From an uncultured Bacteroidales bacterium (GTDB taxonomy: Bacteria > Bacteroidota > Bacteroidia > Bacteroidales > UBA1715), in contig CAYFVM010000002.1 of the NCBI GenBank assembly GCA_964346725.1, forward strand, positions 1,582 through 65,581: 64,000 nucleotides of DNA, in the 5' to 3' direction. Positions 58,065-64,000 of the stretch are shown piece after piece (positions within the stretch are counted from its first letter, which is position 1; the number at the start of each line of letters is the position of its first letter). The notes beneath the pieces are model-generated. The model saw only the letters and a program-made list of their open reading frames with translations. It did no database searches and was not told the origin of the DNA. A program made the translations under genes and the position numbers.

Positions 58065-59515
58065 TGAGAAATAGTAACTTACATGGTATCCTCAATGATG
58101 TTGCTACACTGCAAGTTGTAGGCAATACGAATATTTCTGTTTCTGCAATAGACACCGATTCTCGAAATATTGGTACATCAATGGTGTTTGTAGCTGTGCG
58201 CGGTGTTGCCGTTGATGGGCACAACTTTATAGCTTCTGCCGAACAACAGGGAGCTGCCGCTGTTGTCTGCGAAGAATTACCAAAAACAATCAATCCTGCG
58301 GTTGCGTACATTGTGGTTGAAAATTCTGTGATTGCATGCGGACAATTGCTCCGTGCTTTTCACAACATTGATTTTTCAAAACTCAAAGTTGTGGGTGTAA
58401 CCGGAACTAACGGCAAAACAACTACTGCAACCTTGTTGTATCGCTTGTTTTCAGGCTTGGGACACAAATGTGGTTTGTTCTCAACTGTCGTGAACTATGT
58501 AGATACAACCGAATATCCTGCAAATCACACGACTCCCGATTTAGTACAGTTGTACGATTTGTTCGAAAAAATGCAAACAGCCGGTTGTGAATACTGCTTC
58601 ATGGAAGTCAGCTCACATGCAATACACCAACATCGTGTAGCCGGAGTAGATTTTGTAGGTGGCATTTTTACAAACCTTACACAAGATCATTTAGACTATC
58701 ACAAAACATTCGCAGAATATCTCCGTGTTAAAAAATCATTCTTCGACACTCTTCCGGCTTCCGCCTTCGCGTTGACTAACGACGACGACAAGAATGGTCA
58801 GATAATGTTGCAAAACACTCGTGCCGGAAAATATTCATATTCGCTCAAAAGCATGAGCGACTTTAAATGTCGCGTGCTCGAACAACAATTCGACGGCATG
58901 TTGCTTAAGATTGACAATGTTGAGGTTTGGGCTAAATTCATTGGCTTGTTCAACGCCTATAATTTGCTTGCTGTGTATGGTGCGGCAATATTATTAGGCC
59001 AAGAAAAACAAGCTGTGCTTGAAATCATAAGCACGCTCACGCCGGTTGCGGGTCGTATAGAGTTCTTTAAAAATGCAAACGATGTGACTGCTGTAGTTGA
59101 CTACGCTCACACACCCGATGCTTTGGAGAATATTCTAACCACGCTCAATGCATTATGCCCTAAGACCAATAAAATTATCACCGTAGTTGGTGCAGGTGGC
59201 AATCGCGATAAAACAAAACGCCCGATAATGGGTAAAATCTGTGCACGTTTGAGCAACCAAGTTATACTCACGTCCGACAATCCGCGCAACGAAGATGCTG
59301 CCGACATTGCAAATCAAATGCTTGCCGGTATAGAGTCGCCAACAAATGTGCTCACAATACTCGATCGCAAGCAAGCGATTAAAACAGCCATAATGCTTGC
59401 ACAAAAAGGCGATGTGATTTTAGTGGCAGGCAAAGGACACGAGCCATATCAAGAAATTCAAGGTGTTAAGCACCATTTTGATGATAGAGAAGTAATAAAG
59501 GAATTGTTTAATTAA
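58064..59515 (+). CDS. murE: UDP-N-acetylmuramoyl-L-alanyl-D-glutamate-2,6-diaminopimelate ligase
   Basis: It has the Mur ligase P-loop [21 protein letters not shown], and VAGKGHE. The ATG at 58064 overlaps the ftsI stop (TGATG). Confidence 0.93.
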   Translation: MRNSNLHGILNDVATLQVVGNTNISVSAIDTDSRNIGTSMVFVAVRGVAVDGHNFIASAEQQGAAAVVCEELPKTINPAVAYIVVENSVIACGQLLRAFHNIDFSKLKVVGVTGTNGKTTTATLLYRLFSGLGHKCGLFSTVVNYVDTTEYPANHTTPDLVQLYDLFEKMQTAGCEYCFMEVSSHAIHQHRVAGVDFVGGIFTNLTQDHLDYHKTFAEYLRVKKSFFDTLPASAFALTNDDDKNGQIMLQNTRAGKYSYSLKSMSDFKCRVLEQQFDGMLLKIDNVEVWAKFIGLFNAYNLLAVYGAAILLGQEKQAVLEIISTLTPVAGRIEFFKNANDVTAVVDYAHTPDALENILTTLNALCPKTNKIITVVGAGGNRDKTKRPIMGKICARLSNQVILTSDNPRNEDAADIANQMLAGIESPTNVLTILDRKQAIKTAIMLAQKGDVILVAGKGHEPYQEIQGVKHHFDDREVIKELFN

Positions 59516-59526
59516 ACTGTAAAAAT

Positions 59527-60765
59527 ATGCTGTATCATTTATTTACCTATTTAGATAAATTCGATTTCCCTGGAGCGGGATTGTTTCAGTATCTTTCGTT
59601 TAGAGCAAGTTTTGCTTTTATTGCGGCATTACTCATTTCTATTTTCTTCGGAAAACGAGTGATAGAGTTTTTGCAGAAAAAACAGGTAGGAGAAATTATT
59701 CGCAACCTTGGTTTGGAAGGACAAATGCAGAAAAAAGGTACTCCAACCATGGGTGGTATTTTGATATTCATTTCCATTATTATTCCAACCCTCCTTTTTG
59801 CCAACTTAACCAATGTGTACATTCTTTTAATGTTGTTTACCACTATTTGGTTTTGCCTATTGGGATTCTTGGACGATTATATTAAAGTGTTCAAGAAAAA
59901 CAAAGAAGGATTGCACGGACGCTACAAAATTGTAGGACAAGTTATCTGTGGTTTGGCTGTAGGACTTACGTTGTATTTCGACGACGATGTGGTTATTGCA
60001 CAAAAAACACATGCCATGGAAACTACGCAACAAGAATACAGTTCTGAACAAATTGAAAAAACACGTGTTGAATTATATGGCGAAAAATCAACCAAGACTA
60101 CAATCCCTTTTGTGAAAAACAATGAGTTTGATTATAAGTCACTCGTTGGTTTTGTAGGCGAGAATGCTGATGTGTTAGGTTGGATTTTGTTCGTGTTTAT
60201 TGTGATTTTCATAACTACCGCAGTTTCAAATGGCGTAAACTTAACCGATGGCTTGGATGGACTTGCCGCGGGAACCACCGCAATAGTGGGGGCCGTGCTG
60301 GGTATCTTGGCATATCTCTCGGGTAACGTGATTTATTCGAGCTATTTGAATATCATGTACATTCCGTATTCCGGTGAATTGGTTGTATATGCGTGTGCAT
60401 TCTTGGGTGCTACCATTGGGTTCCTTTGGTACAACTCATTTCCGGCTCAAGTATTTATGGGCGATACCGGAAGTCTTATGCTTGGCGGTATCATTGGAGT
60501 ATTTGCAATTCTTATTCGTAAAGAATTGTTGCTCCCTATTCTATGTGGAATCTTCTTTGCCGAAAGCGTTTCTGTGATTATTCAGGTGGCGTATTTCAAA
60601 CACACAAAAAAGAAGTTTGGTGAGGGCAAACGGTTCTTCCTTATGGCTCCGCTCCATCATCATTATCAGAAAAAAGGTCTTCCGGAATCGAAAATAGTAA
60701 TTCGATTTTGGTTGATAGCACTCATTTTAGGTGCTTTAGCATTGGTAACATTAAAAATACGATAG
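59527..60765 (+). CDS. mraY: Phospho-N-acetylmuramoyl-pentapeptide transferase
   Basis: 412 aa and polytopic. It has [27 protein letters not shown] and APLHHH. Confidence 0.95.
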   Translation: MLYHLFTYLDKFDFPGAGLFQYLSFRASFAFIAALLISIFFGKRVIEFLQKKQVGEIIRNLGLEGQMQKKGTPTMGGILIFISIIIPTLLFANLTNVYILLMLFTTIWFCLLGFLDDYIKVFKKNKEGLHGRYKIVGQVICGLAVGLTLYFDDDVVIAQKTHAMETTQQEYSSEQIEKTRVELYGEKSTKTTIPFVKNNEFDYKSLVGFVGENADVLGWILFVFIVIFITTAVSNGVNLTDGLDGLAAGTTAIVGAVLGILAYLSGNVIYSSYLNIMYIPYSGELVVYACAFLGATIGFLWYNSFPAQVFMGDTGSLMLGGIIGVFAILIRKELLLPILCGIFFAESVSVIIQVAYFKHTKKKFGEGKRFFLMAPLHHHYQKKGLPESKIVIRFWLIALILGALALVTLKIR

Positions 60766-60772
60766 TACAACA

Positions 60773-62122
60773 ATGAAAAAAACAAATTTCATAGTTATTC
60801 TTGGTGCCGCAGAAAGTGGTGTAGGTGCTGCTATTTTGGCAAAAGAAAAAGGTTTTGACGTCTTTGTTTCCGATAATGGAAAAATCAAAGACCAATACAA
60901 AACTATGCTTGTTGAAAATAATATCGAATTCGAGGAAGAACATCATTCTGAAGAAAAGATTCTCGAGGCAACTGAAATTATTAAAAGTCCGGGTATTCGT
61001 TCTGATGCCCCACTTGTGGTGAAATTACTTTCGCTAGGAACTCCGGTTATTTCCGATTTGGAATTTGCTGCACGATACGCCAATGCAAAATTAATTTGCA
61101 TCACCGGAAGCAATGGAAAAACCACTACCACATTGTTGACCTATCATATTTTGAAACAAGCTGGTTTGAACGTTGGACTAGCAGGTAACGTTGGAAAAAG
61201 TTTTGCCTTGCAAGTTGCTCATAATAATTACGATTATTATGTATTGGAAATTAGCAATTTCCAACTCGATCACATGTACGATTTCAAGGCCGATATTGCA
61301 ATTCTATTAAACATTACTCCCGACCATTTGGATCGTTACGAATACAAATTCCAGAACTACATCAATTCTAAGTTCAGAATTTCACAAAATATGCAGTCAA
61401 GCGATACTTTTATCTATTGCAGCGATGATGAAGTGTTGATAGATGAGATAGGTAAGAGAAAAATCTTTGCTGAAAAAGTAGCATACACCGTAACCGATGA
61501 TTCTACTAAACAAGCATATTTAAAAGAAGATACAATCTATGTGAATTTGCTTGAAAAAGATAGATTTTCGGTGAGTGTAGGCGAAATGCAGTTGAGAGGA
61601 AAACATAATTATGGAAACTCAATGGCAGCAATGCTTGCAGCTCGTGCCGTTGATATTAAAAATGACAAGATACGAGAAAGCCTCATTTCATTCCAAAATG
61701 TGGAACATCGACTTGAGAAAGTACCATTCACCGTTAAAGGTGTAGAGTTTATAAATGACTCAAAGGCAACCAATGTCAATTCGGTATGGTATGCGCTCGA
61801 TAGCATGAAATCAAACGTGATTTGGATTGCAGGCGGAACTGACAAGGGAAATGATTATTCAGAGCTTTATGCGTTGGCAAAAGAAAAAGTGAAAGCTTTG
61901 GTTTGCCTTGGCCTTGACAATGAAAAATTGAAACAATCATTTGGCGACAAAGTGCCAACAGTAGTTGAAACTCGCAGTATGAAAGATGCCGTTCTAAAAT
62001 CATTTGAATTGGCTAGTCCCGGTGATGTAGTGTTACTTTCACCGGCATGTGCAAGTTTCGATTTGTTTAAGAATTACGAAGATAGAGGAATCAAGTTTAA
62101 AGAAGAAGTACGAAATCTATAA
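60773..62122 (+). CDS. murD: UDP-N-acetylmuramoylalanine-D-glutamate ligase
   Basis: 449 aa. It has an N-terminal Rossmann IVILGAAESGVGAA, ITGSNGKTTT, and the Mur ligase C-terminal domain. Confidence 0.93.
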   Translation: MKKTNFIVILGAAESGVGAAILAKEKGFDVFVSDNGKIKDQYKTMLVENNIEFEEEHHSEEKILEATEIIKSPGIRSDAPLVVKLLSLGTPVISDLEFAARYANAKLICITGSNGKTTTTLLTYHILKQAGLNVGLAGNVGKSFALQVAHNNYDYYVLEISNFQLDHMYDFKADIAILLNITPDHLDRYEYKFQNYINSKFRISQNMQSSDTFIYCSDDEVLIDEIGKRKIFAEKVAYTVTDDSTKQAYLKEDTIYVNLLEKDRFSVSVGEMQLRGKHNYGNSMAAMLAARAVDIKNDKIRESLISFQNVEHRLEKVPFTVKGVEFINDSKATNVNSVWYALDSMKSNVIWIAGGTDKGNDYSELYALAKEKVKALVCLGLDNEKLKQSFGDKVPTVVETRSMKDAVLKSFELASPGDVVLLSPACASFDLFKNYEDRGIKFKEEVRNL

Positions 62123-63393
62123 TGGACGAAACAGTATCGGAAATAAAGGAACGCTTAGCTGCTGAAGGAATTACATCCTTCCGTAGTCTTCTTATTGGCA
62201 ACAAGATAATATGGACCATATTCTTTTTGCTGATAGGCATTTCTCTTATTGCCGTATATAGTTCTTCCAGCATGGTGATTTTTAGAAACGGAGCAAATAA
62301 TTCTTTCTCCGTTTTGTTAAAACAAACCATGTATTTGCTTGCGGGCGTGGTTATTACCATATTTGTTTCGCAAATAGTGTATCGTTTCAAACCGGGAATC
62401 CTCAAAAAACAAGCATTCTTTTGGTATGTGGTTTCTGTCGTTCTGCTTTTAATGACCTTCTTTAGCGCATTTTCAGAAGAAGTAAATGGTGCGCATAGGT
62501 GGATAAACATTTTCGGTTTTTCAATTCAACCGAGTGAGTTTGCAAAAATGGCTTTAGTGATTTATATAGCCAAAATCTGCTCAGAGAATCAAGATAACAT
62601 TGGCGATCCTAAAAGAGTATTATACAAGATTCTCTTTGCCTCGGGAATTGTAGCAGGAATTATTTTGCTTTCAAATTTCTCAACGGCATTGTTTATTGTT
62701 CTCATTATGTTTTTCATGATGTATTTAGGACGATTGCCATTTAAACAATTTGCTGCCATAGGAGCCATCGGGATTGCTCTTGCTGCTATTATGGGCTTTA
62801 TCATTTTAAAAGAACCTCAAATATTCCCTCGTGGTGAAACGTGGCAAAAACGTGTGGTAAGTTTCGTCCCTAGTCTTGCTCCGTATGCAAGTGGCTATAA
62901 TCCTGAAACGGAATATGCACCAATAGATAATTATCAAGTAACGCAAGCAAAAATTGCCATAGCCGAAGGTGGTGTTTTGGGAAAAATGCCGGGCAACAGC
63001 ACGCAACGTTATAAATTGTCTCAAGCATATTGCGATTTTATTTATGCAATAATAATAGAAGAAATGGGTTGGGCAGGCGCTATCATAGTACTTTTGGCAT
63101 ATTTCTGGCTCATTTGGCAGTCGCTCAATGTGGCCAAAAAAATGCAGCATGTGTTTGATGAATTGGTGGTGCTTGGTTTAATGTTTATGATGGTTGCGCA
63201 AGCGTTTCTTCATATGGGTGTTGTGGTAAATCTTTTGCCTGCAACCGGACAAACATTGCCCGTCATCAGTTCGGGTGGTTCTTCTTTGTTCATCACCTGT
63301 ATTGAATTTGGAATTGTTCTGGGCATGTCGCAGTATGCAGAAGCGCATGCAGAAGATCCCAAGAAAAGTAAAAGTGTAGAAGTTAGTGATTAA
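62122..63393 (+). CDS. ftsW: FtsW/RodA-family (SEDS) peptidoglycan polymerase
   Basis: 423 aa with about 10 TM helices. It has SEFAKMALVIY, DFIYAIIIEEMG, and LPATGQTLPVISSGGSS. Confidence 0.92.
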   Translation: MDETVSEIKERLAAEGITSFRSLLIGNKIIWTIFFLLIGISLIAVYSSSSMVIFRNGANNSFSVLLKQTMYLLAGVVITIFVSQIVYRFKPGILKKQAFFWYVVSVVLLLMTFFSAFSEEVNGAHRWINIFGFSIQPSEFAKMALVIYIAKICSENQDNIGDPKRVLYKILFASGIVAGIILLSNFSTALFIVLIMFFMMYLGRLPFKQFAAIGAIGIALAAIMGFIILKEPQIFPRGETWQKRVVSFVPSLAPYASGYNPETEYAPIDNYQVTQAKIAIAEGGVLGKMPGNSTQRYKLSQAYCDFIYAIIIEEMGWAGAIIVLLAYFWLIWQSLNVAKKMQHVFDELVVLGLMFMMVAQAFLHMGVVVNLLPATGQTLPVISSGGSSLFITCIEFGIVLGMSQYAEAHAEDPKKSKSVEVSD

Positions 63394-63404
63394 ATAGATA
63401 CGAT

Positions 63405-64000
63405 ATGAAAGTGTTGATAAGTGGCGGTGGAACCGGCGGACATATTTTTCCAGCAGTGAGCATAGCTAATGCGCTACGCGAAAAACATCCCGATTGCGAG
63501 ATTCTTTTCGTGGGTGCAGAATCCCGTATGGAAATGGAACGCGTTCCTGCAGCAGGCTACGACATTGTAGGGTTGCCAATTAGAGGTTTTGACCGTGCAC
63601 ACATTTTCAATAACATAAGTGTATTGATTGACTTGTGGAAAAGTATGCGTAAGGCAAAAAAGATTGTAAAAGAATTTAAACCAGATGTAGCTGTTGGAGT
63701 AGGCGGATATGCAAGTGGCGCTGCTATGAAAGTAGCTGCAAAATATGGAGTACCGGTACTTTTGCAAGAACAAAATGGTTTTGCGGGCGTGACCAATAAA
63801 CTTTTGAAAAACGATGCTTCAAAGATTTGTGTGGCATACGAAGGCATGGAGAAATTTTTCCCTGCAGAAAAATTGATTCTTACCGGAAACCCAGTGCGTC
63901 AAAATCTTGTAGGTGGCGATAAAAATGAAGCATACAAAGCATTCGGTTTTTCACCCGACAAAAAAACATTGTTAATCATAGGCGGTAGCCTTGGTGCTCG
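63405..64000 (+). CDS. murG: UDP-N-acetylglucosamine-N-acetylmuramyl-(pentapeptide) pyrophosphoryl-undecaprenol GlcNAc transferase, 5' part (runs off window)
   Basis: My own translation from the ATG at 63405 gives MKVLISGGGTGGHIFPAVSIANALREKHPDCEILFVG...VGVGGYASGAAMKVAAKYGVPVLLQEQNGFAGVTNK. It is not in the ORF track because there is no stop within the window. Confidence 0.9.
   Translation, partial: MKVLISGGGTGGHIFPAVSIANALREKHPDCEILFVGAESRMEMERVPAAGYDIVGLPIRGFDRAHIFNNISVLIDLWKSMRKAKKIVKEFKPDVAVGVGGYASGAAMKVAAKYGVPVLLQEQNGFAGVTNKLLKNDASKICVAYEGMEKFFPAEKLILTGNPVRQNLVGGDKNEAYKAFGFSPDKKTLLIIGGSLGA

Noticed and set aside
59515-59527. murF is absent between murE and mraY in the dcw cluster.
   Set aside because: As far as I know, this gene order (murE-mraY-murD-ftsW-murG) is normal for Bacteroidota, so it is not an anomaly.
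1-64000. I scanned for CRISPR arrays, tRNA/rRNA genes, IS elements, integrases, reverse transcriptases and long tandem repeats.
   Set aside because: I saw no spaced direct-repeat arrays, cloverleaf-like segments in intergenic regions, transposase or integrase ORFs, or RT motifs. This was an eye scan, and tRNAscan, Infernal or ISfinder runs would be needed to make it definitive.

Overview
The window is a low-GC chromosomal segment of Bacteroidota type. This is indicated by lipoprotein signal peptides with a lipobox Cys, a SusD/RagB homologue, TAnnTTTG-type promoter boxes, and a dcw cluster that lacks murF. About 85% is ordinary core genome.

Core genes, in order:
- 1-10.6 kb (+): nusG (3' end)-rplK-rplA-rplJ-rplL-rpoB-rpoC, with an rplL/rpoB attenuator hairpin and a strong terminator after rpoC.
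- 10.6-11.7 kb: a DUF3467 protein and a SpoU/TrmH methyltransferase.
- 11.8-16.6 kb: a TPP riboswitch controlling a thiamine salvage operon (methyltransferase-thiM-thiE-tenA-thiL-thiD).
- 16.7-20.4 kb: a GH94 cellobiose phosphorylase and a GT4 glycosyltransferase.
- 20.4-31.9 kb (-): MATE transporter, ribF, lipoprotein, SusD-like protein with no SusC, LtaS-like sulfatase-family protein, priA, small HAD protein, recQ.
- 32-41.9 kb (+): kdsD/kpsF, U32 peptidase, flippase, iorA-iorB-paaK-ACT, rpoN, a PAP2-like membrane protein.
- 41.8-43.5 kb (-): a patatin plus OMP pair.
- 43.7-46.5 kb (+): three unknown exported proteins and a SIMPL protein.
- 54.2-64 kb (+): mraZ-rsmH-ftsL-ftsI-murE-mraY-murD-ftsW-murG (partial).

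The accessory part is a ~7.4 kb island (46.5-53.9 kb) directly upstream of mraZ, with no integrase or transposase. It contains:
- a HigB/RelE-like plus XRE antitoxin cassette, bracketed by two copies of the same terminator hairpin (one carries a C11 tract);
- a small GT2 glycosyltransferase;
- a GATC-type (MboI/DpnII-like) R-M cassette, in which both methylases are intact but the DpnII-family endonuclease gene lacks a start codon and is frameshifted;
- a T4 endoV-like glycosylase gene.

The most interesting object lies between the endonuclease remnant and the second methylase. It is a ~780-aa gene, split by two +1 frameshifts at homopolymer runs. It combines a PD-(D/E)xK nuclease motif, a DGQHR (DndB/ParB-like) domain and a Swt1-type HEPN (Rx4H) domain. 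I know of no characterised system with this architecture.

No rRNA, tRNA, CRISPR array or IS element was recognised.
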